A stretch of DNA of 64,000 nt from Piedraia hortae CBS 480.64 (taxonomy: Eukaryota): NCBI GenBank assembly GCA_010093745.1, contig MU005985.1, positions 124,001-188,000 on the forward strand. The letters are read 5' to 3'. The first letter of the stretch is position 1; each line of letters starts with the position of its first letter. Below, piece by piece: positions 33,190 through 44,053 of the stretch. The notes beneath the pieces are model-generated. The model did no database searches and was not told the origin of the DNA. It saw only the letters and a list, made by a program, of their open reading frames with translations. A program made the translations under genes and the position numbers.

Positions 33190-33751
33190 ATGGTCTCCTC
33201 GCTCCGTGTCGCCGCTCCCAAGATGGCCTCTGTCGCTGCACAGAGCAGCGTCCGCACCGTTCGCTCACCCATGATGGCGCAGCAGTTCCAGCGTGCCTTC
33301 TCCGGTGAGTCTTAGCTCATCCACCCGCCGAGAGCTCTTCCATTGACCATTTGCACAGTGGCCACGCGCCAGAACACGGCGTTCGCGGCCGTCAAGCGTA
33401 CGACCCCGGTGATGAATGCCCTGCGTCCAGTCGGCAAGCAGGCGTCGCGCGCCTACTCGTCGGAGATGGCCAACGCGCTCGTGCAGGTCTCTCAGAACAT
33501 GGGCATGGGTTCGGCAGCCATTGGACTCGGCGGCGCCGGTATCGGTATCGGCCTCGTGTTTGCGTCGCTCCTCACGGCCGTTGCCCGCAACCCTTCGCTC
33601 CGTGGCCAGCTGTTCTCCTATGCCATTCTGGGCTTTGCCTTCGTGGAAGCCATTGGCCTTGTGAGTAGTCCTGATGTTCCAATGGGAGGGGATTTGCGCT
33701 GACGCTCTACAGTTCGATCTGATGGTGGCTATGATGTGCAAATACGTTTAA
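33190..33751 (+). CDS. ATP9: Nuclear-encoded mitochondrial ATP synthase subunit 9/c with presequence, 3 exons (33190-33304, 33359-33660, 33713-33751; 151 aa)
   Basis: [52 protein letters not shown]. Basic, acid-free N-terminal presequence. Introns 33305-33358 and 33661-33712. Confidence 0.96.
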
Positions 33752-34856
33752 GCGCGTCACTCTCTTAGTGTGTCTGTGTTGTTAGATATTCGCGCGGGTA
33801 GAAGAGGCCAATGTATGAACTGCGCGTTGGTCTGTTGTCAATGTTTTTGCTCGTGTCTGTTACCTGTCTGTTTGTCGGGCTGTCTACAACTGCCTGCCAC
33901 CTGTCTGCCATATACGGGGCTGTGTAACAGCTGTCTGCCCTACTTGGTCTGTCTACATCTGTCTGTGTACATGTAATCGGCTGTCCCATGAATATGCTAC
34001 CCTTGACAACAGGATATCCGACTACGCTCCGGCACCATGCCGAGTCAACTCGAACCTGGGGAACAAAAGTGGGAGGGCTTACCATCAAGTCCATCATGAA
34101 GTTAATGGTTCCATGGAGTCTCCATGGGACGGTGGTATTCGGGGCTTATGCTCTGCTTTCACCCTAACTACACTCTCCAGACCTCGCTTTGTTGGGGAGG
34201 GCACAAACGGGCCGATTGGACATGATGTTCGTTTCGGGCGGTGGGATGAGAGGGTAAACAATGAGATTGTTGAAGTTGTATATTTCCAGGCTGGATGAAG
34301 GGGAACACAAGTATGCAAGCGTGCTGCTTGCTGCTTGCTATAGGGCTTTTGTGTTGGAGAGATGAAAAATGGTCAACGGATGCTTTTTAGTTCAGTTTTC
34401 GAATGTGAACTGTGGTCAGAGAAAGTAGGTGGGAAATGACGTGAAAAAGGTATGATGTCTGCTTTGGGGACGGTGGTTTCAAGCATTTGACTTCGGCCGC
34501 ATAAAAGTAGCTTGCTTATGTGATGGTTCTGTCGGGATAGATAAACGGCTACCTCTTTGAGGCTTGTTCAAGATTGATGGCTGATATCATACGCGAGATT
34601 ATCCAATCACTAAAGTCGATGAAAGCCGTTGACCTCAAATTACCATCAATTTATGCGACGCAAATCACACAACATGCACCAGGATCCAGACGATCAATGT
34701 GCAGCAAGGCGTCCCCGTCTGTCAACTGTAGTTCTACGACAAGCCATGATAACGAGATGATTGGACCACAGACGATATCTTCCCCTGGATCCGCTCTCGG
34801 CTGCATTGCTTTTGTAGAATAAGCTTGATAGCAACACACCCCCCCTCCCCCGCACT

Positions 34857-34857
<1 letters not shown>

Positions 34858-34893
<36 letters not shown>
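34858..34893 (+). repeat. (GAC)12 microsatellite just upstream of the permease ATG
   Basis: Read directly from sequence. Confidence 0.95.
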
Positions 34894-34896
34894 AAC

Positions 34897-36483
34897 ATGG
34901 CCCGACGAGAATCTCTGGTCGCTGACCAGGACCATCTTGCGGCGCTGGGCATCAAGCAAGAGCTCAAACGAAACTTTAGTTTCCTTTCTATGCTGGGTCT
35001 TGCCTTTGCCATTTTGAATTCTTGGACAGCGCTCTCTGCCTCTCTCTCCCTTGCTCTACCCAGCGGAGGACCCATATCCGTAATCTGGGGCCTCATCACA
35101 GCTGGAATCTGCAACCTGTGTCTTGCTGCAAGTCTCGCAGAATTCTTATCAGCTTACCCCACTGCAGGGGGGCAATATCACTGGGTAGCCATCATCAGCT
35201 GGAAGAGATGGACCAAAGTGTTGTCTTGGATCACAGGGTGGATCAATGTATTCGGCTGGATGTCTCTTGTAGCAACAGGAGGCTTACTCGGTTCCCAACT
35301 CATCCTCGGCATCATAGCCATGTATCGACCCAGCTTTGAAGCCAAACGTTGGCAGCAATTTTTGATATACATTGCTTATAACGTTGTAGCCACCATCCTT
35401 AATGCCTTCTGTAACAACCTGTTACCCTATGTCAACAAAGCCGCAATAACCTGGTCCATATGCGGCTTCTGCGTCATTTCCATCACCGTTCTGGCCTGCA
35501 CCTCTTCTGGTGAATTCACATCCGGCAAAATCGTCTACGGCCAGTTCCTCAACACGGTCGGCTGGCCCGATGGGATCGCCTGGCTCCTTGGTCTCCTCCA
35601 AGGCGGACTTGGCCTAACCGGCTTCGATGCAGTCGCACACATGATTGAGGAAATCCCAAATGCATCTGTCCTCGGTCCCAGAGTAATGATCTACTGCGTC
35701 TGCATCGGCACATTTACCGGCTTCGTCTTCCTAAGCAGCCTCCTCTTCGTCTCTGGACCCCTCGACTCCATCCTCGAATCCCCCGCCGGACCCGTAGGCG
35801 CCATCATCCTCCACGCCACCGGTTCAAGAGCAGGAACCGTCTGTCTCCTCATGTTCCCCTTAATCTGTCTCTTATTCGCCACAACCTCAATCATGACAAC
35901 CTCCTCCCGCATGACCTACGCTTTCGCGCGTGACGGTGGGCTTCCCTTCTCCCGAATCCTTGCCCGAGTCCATCCAACCCTCGACGTCCCTCTGGAATCT
36001 CTAGCTCTCACCGTCCTCGTCGTCCTTATCTTCGGCTGCATTTTTCTAGGCTCAACCTCCGCATTCAACGCCATTGTCTCTGCCTCCGTCGTGGCACTCT
36101 CAGTCTCCTACGGAATTCCCGTCCTGATCAACATGCTCCGTGGACGGAAAATGCTTCCCCCGCACAGACCGTTTAGGCTCTCTGGCCCAATAGCCTGGAC
36201 AGCTAATTTCATCGGGGTAATCTACGTCATCATCACCACGGTGTTGTTTGTTTTCCCGCCTGAACTGCCCGTGACGGGAGAGAATATGAACTACTGCATT
36301 GTTGTTTTTGCGGTCGTGTTGGGCGTTAGTGTTGTGCAATGGTGGGTTGATGGGCGGAAGAATTATGTCGGTCCCCAGCAGGGTTTCGATCTTGGGATTG
36401 ATCCGTTGGAGGTTGCACAGGATGGGAAGGATGGTGATCTAGGGGTGGGAGGGAAAGCTATGGAGGCGGAGAAGGGGGTATGA
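34897..36483 (+). CDS. APC-superfamily amino acid/polyamine permease (GABA/choline, UGA4/HNM1-like)
   Basis: LGIKQELKRNFSFLSMLG, SLAEFLSAYPTAGGQYHW, GFDAVAHMIEEIPN, SSRMTYAFARDGGLPFS, NMNYCIVV. ~12 TM segments. Confidence 0.92.
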   Translation: MARRESLVADQDHLAALGIKQELKRNFSFLSMLGLAFAILNSWTALSASLSLALPSGGPISVIWGLITAGICNLCLAASLAEFLSAYPTAGGQYHWVAIISWKRWTKVLSWITGWINVFGWMSLVATGGLLGSQLILGIIAMYRPSFEAKRWQQFLIYIAYNVVATILNAFCNNLLPYVNKAAITWSICGFCVISITVLACTSSGEFTSGKIVYGQFLNTVGWPDGIAWLLGLLQGGLGLTGFDAVAHMIEEIPNASVLGPRVMIYCVCIGTFTGFVFLSSLLFVSGPLDSILESPAGPVGAIILHATGSRAGTVCLLMFPLICLLFATTSIMTTSSRMTYAFARDGGLPFSRILARVHPTLDVPLESLALTVLVVLIFGCIFLGSTSAFNAIVSASVVALSVSYGIPVLINMLRGRKMLPPHRPFRLSGPIAWTANFIGVIYVIITTVLFVFPPELPVTGENMNYCIVVFAVVLGVSVVQWWVDGRKNYVGPQQGFDLGIDPLEVAQDGKDGDLGVGGKAMEAEKGV

Positions 36484-36799
36484 GAAGGATTTGATGATTT
36501 ATGGATTGGATGAGGTAGATGTATGTAGATGAAAGTAGGTTGTATGATTGGTTATGTCATATGTGCAAGGGAGTTCCTGTCATGTGCATTGTTGGAGATT
36601 CATAGCATGTGCTCCAGCCTGATTTCGAGTGGAGGCAAACTTTCTTGTGATGGATCGAAAAGCGGAACTTCTTCCGAAGCGCACGGCTTGGCGGGGAGAT
36701 TCTTACGGACACTTCAATCTTTTTGCTGCTAGTTATAAACATTGCACACTTCTTCCCGCGGCTCTTTGCGCCCTCAACCCCCACCCGCAATACGTTTCC

Positions 36800-37400
36800 T
36801 GCAGAGGCTCCTGTCTGTATCTCTCCGAGTATAGAGTTCAGCTACGCTACAGGTCCTGATCGCAGACCAAGGTGTTGCCAATCGCACTGTCGACTGCTAA
36901 TAAGGACTTTGGCACGACCTGGGTTTCCACCTCCGGGCCTGCACCGGTCCGATCCCACTTTTGATGTCACTCGACAACGTTCAACAACATTGGCTGCTCG
37001 TCGAGTCCATGAGCTGGGAGAACATCTAACAGCTCCTTTGCTCCGATACCCGACCCAACTGTCTCCACTGGGTCTCGCCATGAACTTGACAATTTCAGGG
37101 TTATGCGTTTAAAGCTCGCAAATTATCAGGACTGGTTCGAAACTGAGCAACAAGAGATTGCGCACAGCTCCTTCGAGATCAAGGGCTGATGCAAGTCCAA
37201 CCTTACTTCGATTACTCGTCCAGGCGGCCTTGTACAATAATCCAGAATACCGCGTTTATGAATCCGGATGCATAGGAAACAACATGCTCTGACATTAGTC
37301 TGTGCAGTTATGTGATCCAGTGCTGGACCTAACATGGAGACTTTGCGGACTACCACGAATGGTTCAACCATCGCCTGGAGCAACAACATACTCTGAACAC
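36800..37400 (-). mobile_element. Degenerate retrotransposon integrase zinc-domain-like fragment
   Basis: VERCRVTSKVGSDRCRPGGGNPG..LISSRQCDWQHLGL loosely resembles V..C..C...K..R..P.G...L.IP...W.HI. Confidence 0.35.
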
Positions 37401-37596
37401 CTCACAAGGAGAGGAGATGAAGTCTTTTGGAAGGCCGGCCGCAAAGCTATGCGGCATATCCTCTTTTGGGAGCCGTTTGGCGCGGAGCTATGGGGCGATA
37501 ACCATGCTCTCACAACGTGTGCCATTTCTCAACTAGAAACGTCGGCTTACGGAGTATTGGGAAAACAGAACTGCCAGCCCGCGGTGAGGGGCGAAG

Positions 37597-37631
<35 letters not shown>

Positions 37632-38279
37632 ATTCATCGCGCACAACTGCATGACCAGGGCTGACAATTAGGATATGCAAAACAGCCACCGCTACAACTC
37701 TGAAGTCCAATCATCCAAGACCCCCCAACTCCAACGCAACGACAAGCACAACACAACAACGCAAGTCGCAGAAAGGCCAACATCACAACCCCAACGAAAG
37801 CCACCACACCACCCCACCCCACCACAACGATAGGAAAGCCCTCCGCCCCAGCTAGACGCACCAGAACCCCCCACCCCGGGGCACGGCAAATGCCAAAGAA
37901 ATCAATGCCACAAACGACAACAAGACCGCAATGAGCGCCACCATCACAAAAGACCAAAAAGCCCCCCATGAACGCGGCCGCCAACATCACAGCCAAGACG
38001 CTCATTGCGCTGGGCAGAGCGTATCCCACGCTGACGCTGTGCAAACTGGCGGGTGTGACCAACCTGCGGTTTTTTAGTGTTGGGACGGTGCCCCTCTTCC
38101 CCGTCTGATGTCGCATCTCCGTCGGAGATGAATCATCCATACCAGCCAGTGTTGCGTTTCCGGCGCGCTGGGAGGTGGAAAGTTTCCATGCTGGAAATGT
38201 GCATTCATGCAGTGTTCTGGGGAAATCTTGCTACGGACAGAGCGATGGATGGATGGTGTGGCACTTCTATATCACGATG

Positions 38280-39140
38280 AGAGCACCCTCATGGAGATCA
38301 TGGACTCTGTCGACTCCCTCATTGAGGAAGCATATGTCTCGGTTATGGAGGATAAAGGATATTCAAGATATTTGACTCCCGGGATTACCAAATTCAAGCT
38401 GCAAATCGTGGAAGGTTTGGTGGGAGACTGAACAGTAGCGCCCCTTAAGCCCTTTATAGTTAGCATTTGACGAAATTGAGCAGCATTTCCACTGGTACGA
38501 ATAATCCAAGGGGCGAGGAACGCTTGCTTCAAGGCATTGCCCGCCGCTTGGGCAACAAGGTCTTGTCTTACCAATACAAGAGACTGTGATGTTGGTCTAC
38601 GAGTGGACTGTTTCTACAGAATGACATTGCCAGACATAGGTGAAAGTCCAAAGGCTGGACCTCTTGATCGCAATTCGACTTCATCCAGGGCGGTCAGACT
38701 GGCTAGCCTCCAGTAGACTTTCCGTGAAATATTGAAGCATCAAGAAATTGCCTCTCTCCATCCTCGAGGAACACCAAACCAAGAGCTCGGGAAACTCAAG
38801 AGGCAAATCGATATTCTTTCGAAAGGGCTCATCGAACCAGGCCAGAAATTCGCGTCCAGTCCGGTTTTGTTCGTCCGCAAAGCCGGTAGAGGCCTATGCT
38901 TCTGTGTAGACTACCGGAAGCTGAAAGAAGTCACAAAAAACCAGGTACCCCATCCCTCTCATTCAAGAGACAGTAACGCATTTGGGAAAAGCCGACTTTT
39001 TTGGGACACAGGGCTCTCAACACGCTTCCCACTAAATGCATATGAATCAAGATTGGAAATGCGAGCTGATCATCCTGTGTATCTCGGGCTACAAGTCATG
39101 CATACGGGCGTTGGGCGCCACCGGGGGAAGGGGGGGGGGG
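38280..39140 (+). mobile_element. Degenerate Ty3/Gypsy pol fragment (RT N-terminus) ending at a polypurine tract
   Basis: ELGKLKRQIDILSKGLIEPG..ASSPVLFVRKAGRGLCFCVDYRKL, then after a frameshift NRYPIPLIQET. GGGGAAGGGGGGGGGGG at ~39123-39140. Confidence 0.85.
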
Positions 39141-40749
39141 TAACGTCGAGTCAGTGTCTTTGTTAGTTGTCATACAATCGGCTATCAATCTAGTAACATT
39201 AAACACGCGATATTTCCCATGCCCAGTGTCAAAACTCTTACGATGACGTGCCAACTCACCTGGTAGGTTTCCAACTAGTGTTAGAGTATATATTCCTATC
39301 CAGACACGCCGATAACGGCGAGGCTAGGTAGCAGGTCGAGTTGGACCTCGTTAAGCAAGATGGTCGTCCGAGATCAAAAGTACACACAACCGTGACGTCC
39401 CAAATCCACTCCACTAACAGTCGTCGTAGACCCATCATCCCAAAATCCACACCACCCCAACCAGACCCACACATCGCCCCGGCTCGCCCCCGCCGAAATC
39501 ACGTGTCACCTCATATATCAAAACGAAAACCCGAAACCAATTGCACGAGTAGAGTGATGTGGATCCCACCCAAGCGAAGGAGCCCTTAGCGTCGCTAAGC
39601 GGCCCAACCCTCCTGCTGCCCTGCCCCGCAGTCGCTGCCCGTCCCATTCAGCTTTGCTGCATTGGGATGCCATCGCGCCAACCGGTGTGCCCGGCAAATC
39701 CCACACCAACGGCCCATTTCGTCGAGGGATAGTCAATCTCAAAAATATGCGTTGGAGTAATCAAACCAACAACCGGAGGACGCGATGAGCGGCTTAACCC
39801 TCCCGTCGCCTTGTCGGCAACCCGTTCCATTCAGCCCGCTGCTGTATCGGGATGTAATCTTCCTAGCGGTATGCGGGCCCTTGACCCTTGCGCACACCGT
39901 AGGACAACTTTATTTTGAGGAACAGTCACTCTGGGAAATATCCCGCTGACCGCCCCCTGAACCGTCCTCGCGTTGACCACTATGGATCCGGATAGGTAAA
40001 GGGGGTTGTGTGGAAGACGCGTCGTATACTCGGGTCGCCAGGGCCTCATCAGCGGTAGAGCAACTTGGGTGGCGCAGTTGATGGCGAGGTGTTTCTTGGT
40101 GGGGGAGATCCGACTCCTAGTCTTTGTGGATTGGGGACCTGGAGGATAAATTCTTCCTGGATCCGTTCGGGACGCAGTGTTCGATAAAGGACGTCGTGTT
40201 GGTCTGGGGATAACATTGTATCTGGGGGTTTCGATAAATGTGGTATCGGGTTTGTGTACCGAGGGATTATGACTGCTTCGCGTTGGCTTAGTGGTCTTGT
40301 TGGGTTTTACTGTGAATTTTGCGTTTCTGTATCAGGAATGTGAAGTTGTATCAGGAGGGGGGAGGGGGGGGGGGGTTTGAAAGGGAAGAAATATTCCAGT
40401 CCGTGATGGATACGTTGATCGAATGGGTTCCCGTGTAATGGGATGGATTTGTCGTGCTGGCTGAGTGGAAGCTGCCTTTCCTTTTTTTTTTCTTTTTTTG
40501 GTTTTAGGGAATATACCTATCTACGGTGATACTGCCGGACCTGGACACGAGACGTCTATACGTTATATCAAGGATAGTTGTCTAAACGTGCGTGGAGACC
40601 AAACGGGGGGTGTTGACAATCGCAACAGAGGGAAACCCGCTATATCAAGTGGCCGCTATGTCCAGATTTGACTGCACGGTGACAGTGGACATTACAGTTC
40701 TAGAAGAACACATGGCCAAGATGCATGGAGGAGATCAAGAGCACTTTGG

Positions 40750-42650
40750 AATATTCAACTTCGGAATAGCGACGTCACGGTAAGTGCATACCACAAGCTG
40801 CGATAGACGAAAAACTTTGCTAAAGATTTCGCGCCATCTATGAACGAGAGAGTCGCAGCGGTGTAAACATTGGGCGAGACCCATCGCTGTGATTTTCGTA
40901 ATTGGGAAACGCTGATATGACTTGATCTAAACCGTTCTTAGGCGTGCTAGTCTATGATCTAGTTACAGACACCATCCAGCCTACTTAGCAGGTTCTTTTC
41001 ACAAAAACCCTGCCAGTGGTTTTCTCATAGGTGTCGAAGGCTGCTAAATTGCGTCCTCACCTGGCAAATGCTAAAATCCATCCGACCAGACCGGGGACAA
41101 TGCTGGACCATTTTCGTCGAGAAAGGCCTCCAACGGAGCTGCTTTAATACTTCGTCTGACCTCCTTTTGCTTTGCCAACTTGTCAGACAAAACTTCCGCG
41201 AGCAAGATTTATAATGCACATCTTTTTCGCACTTGTAGCTCCACGCACCACCAGCTTTGGGAGCGGAAAACGAGTCGTAAAAACCACTCCCACCATGTTC
41301 TTATGCTTCTTATATACAAGCGCTTTGGAGCGCTCGGAGAGCTCACGATCGCCGACCGGGCACCCAAACAAATTATAAAATGCACGCCATTTCCGCGCTT
41401 GTGGCTGCCATACACAACTGTTGTCCATCTAATGACACGACCCTAGCGGTTCGTTGCTTGGATTTGCGACAGGTCGATCTCCACCTGGATACACTACCGA
41501 GAATTCCACATCGTTGGGGCCGGGATTCCTCATATTTGGCTCTGCAATGTACCTGCGGCCCTCCACCGTCGGGGGCCGGGACATCATCGTTCACACCCCT
41601 GGAAATTACCTGTTGTTGCTCGCAGGAAGGGTCATCAAACAGATGACATCGGAATTCATTTGTGTATCGGGAACAAGGAATTGAATTTGCTCAGTCGACA
41701 TGGCACACGATCACCGTTGCGCTTCGTTTGCTCAATCCAATCTACCTGGACGAGAATCACAACGTGGAATATGACTCTCGTCCAGGTAGATCATGAGGTT
41801 CTCTGGCCTCCATCTCTTGTAATCATCGGCTGAGTTGCCATTTGCTGAATTGGCGACTCATGTTTCATGGCCAGCTTCCGCATAGCCTCAAGGTAAGTTC
41901 CAGGAAAATTTCTTGCACTGGGTCGTTCGCATCCAGATTATCAAACTACCTTTAACAAGGGACATCAAACCCCTGTCCCCCCCCCCCCCCGCCTTCCCCA
42001 GGACTCGGTCTTCAACAATCGTGCGACCCTCGTTAGCGAGATTAACTTCCATCATCATCTGACATCAAATATCATTCAGTGTGGCTATCAACCGGGCTCT
42101 TAAGTACATTCTCTGACGTTGTTGGGCTACACCCTTGCACAATCGCCAATGTCCATGTTGCACGATGCATCCCCGCGTTTTGCACATTGTGGCCGTGTGC
42201 TGTGGGCTGGACTTTTGCAGGATGGTACTCGTCTAGGAATGCGTCGAAGATTTCTTGGGGTGTGAAATCCCGTACTTCCATCATCTCAACTTTTTGTTTG
42301 ATCCGTTCGCGTTGCTAGCTCTCAACAGCATGCATGAAGAAGATTTCCTCGTCCTCGGGGTAGAGGTGCATGAAAAATCCACGGCGATGATGGGTCGGAA
42401 TTTGTTGACGAAGTCTAGCGTCTACTCTTTTTTTGGAGAATGAATAGAAAACTCCTCGGAGCGTTGAGCCAGCCAGGTTCTAAGTGCAATCTGGTCTTGT
42501 AAATTAGGCAGGGGGATGGCATGCTTCTTTATTATTGCATTGAAACGCCGGGTGTCCACACAAACGCGCCAAATTTTTTCGCCAGTTACTGTTTTGCCAC
42601 TTTTCGGCATTAGTTGGCAAGGGGAACTCCTGCCATATTCCATTCCTGCT
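40750..42650 (-). mobile_element. Second degenerate Ty3/Gypsy copy in the opposite orientation (RT and integrase relics)
   Basis: SSPCQLMPK..GEKIWRVCVDTRRFNAIIKKHAIPLPNLQD (RT start, 42643-42490) and MIYLDE (YxDD relic, ~41795-41778), with weak integrase-like fragments further down. Many stops. Confidence 0.7.
41740..41791. repeat. Perfect 16-bp inverted repeat (hairpin)
   Basis: ATCTACCTGGACGAGA (41740-41755) and TCTCGTCCAGGTAGAT (41776-41791); three more pairs after one mismatch. Confidence 0.95.
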
Positions 42651-43135
42651 GCTCATTCCTTAGGTCATCACAACACCTTGGTTAAGAGCTGACTGAGAAG
42701 AGAGTAGATTATTCTCTGTGCGAGATCGGGGTTCGGGGAATCTTTTGTGTCGCTGTAGTTGAATGGGCTCGCCGTAACCCATTGTGTTGCAAAGTGTTAA
42801 AGGTAAAATTGCAAAGCGCACTAGAATTTTGACAACTGTGGGGAGACGTTACGTCAGCAACTCAAGACCTACACGAACACAAACATTAATCGAACACAGG
42901 TAATGGCCCAAGTAACACAAACAGGAAGAACGAAAGGTACATGAATTCACCGACAAATCCAAGACCCCCCCACGGAGGTACTGTATTCCCTTGTAATGAA
43001 CCCCCCTCCCCGCCGTATATCAGTCCATATCGCATCATCCTGCCTATATCCAACCATATACATCATGCCATGAATCACACAAATTACCCTCAAATCAAAT
43101 CACACACCCCCCTCCCCAACACCCCATATAGTATC

Positions 43136-43756
43136 TCACCCCCCCTCATCCTCCCCCTCCTCATCATCATCATCAAGTAAATTCCTCTTCGCCTCGGTGG
43201 TATACGACCTCTTCCTCTTCCCCATATTGGTCTCATTGCCCCCATGCCCCTGCCTCCCATCCTCCTCCTCCGACGAAGAAGAGGAGGTAGAGGAGAGATG
43301 ATCCTGCGTTTCCTCCCCCTCCCCATCCCCCTCTTGTTCATTCTTCCCCCCTTGATGCAACGACTCAACCTCCGCCCTCCGTCTCGCCGCGAGCCTAACA
43401 GCAAGCTGTTTCCGTGCACGTGAGGGTTTAATTTGTAAGGGAGGAGGAGGGGGAACGTCGGCTTCGATGAGGACTTTGTGTTCTTTTGGGCCGAGGTCGT
43501 TGTTGATATTGTTGTTGCTGTTGTTGTTGATATTGTTGTTGCTGTTGTTGTTGTTGTTGTTGTTGTTGTTGGTCAATGGGCTCCATCCTCCTGTAGTCAT
43601 CCCTCTGATAGGGAACCCCCCGTCGTTGCTTCCTTCGGCTTCCAGATCCCCACCTCCCTCCCTCCCACCCTCCTGGATCGCCTGGATCTCCCCCCAACGT
43701 ATATGTTCAAGATGACTCCCATTATAATCTTGGGAGTAATTCTCTGGTGAGAGAGT
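43136..43756 (-). CDS. Putative alternative terminal exon of the SAP gene (poly-Asn, PPPPL..PSRARKQLAVRLAARR, acidic tail)
   Basis: In frame with the SAP ORF. Candidate branch TACTAAT and AAG acceptor ending at 43757, phase 0, compatible with donor CAG|GTCGGT at 44098. Confidence 0.5.
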   Translation of the reverse strand, partial: TLSPENYSQDYNGSHLEHIRWGEIQAIQEGGREGGGDLEAEGSNDGGFPIRGMTTGGWSPLTNNNNNNNNNSNNNINNNSNNNINNDLGPKEHKVLIEADVPPPPPLQIKPSRARKQLAVRLAARRRAEVESLHQGGKNEQEGDGEGEETQDHLSSTSSSSSEEEDGRQGHGGNETNMGKRKRSYTTEAKRNLLDDDDEEGEDEGG

Positions 43757-44053
43757 CTTTGCATAACAATTAGTAAAGATTTCCTTGCAGAGAGAAAGAG
43801 GGAAGAGGGGGATACAGTAAATAGACGTACACTCCACAGGCGGGTCCGTTAGTAGGCTGGGGGTGGTGGTAAGGGTAAGGAGGGGAGGGGGGAGGAAAGG
43901 GGATATACAGAAGAAGGGGGACACAAAAAAAATACAAGATGCAAAAAGCAAAAAGCAAAAAGATGTAAAACAATGACGACAAAACAGAATGCGAGAACAG
44001 TGATGCAACAGTGATGGGAACGACGACAAAACAGGGTGCAATGCTGGCAAACG

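Noticed and set aside
39141..40400. Possible LTR after the polypurine tract
   Set aside because: No clean TG...CA boundaries, second copy or target-site duplication could be found in the window.
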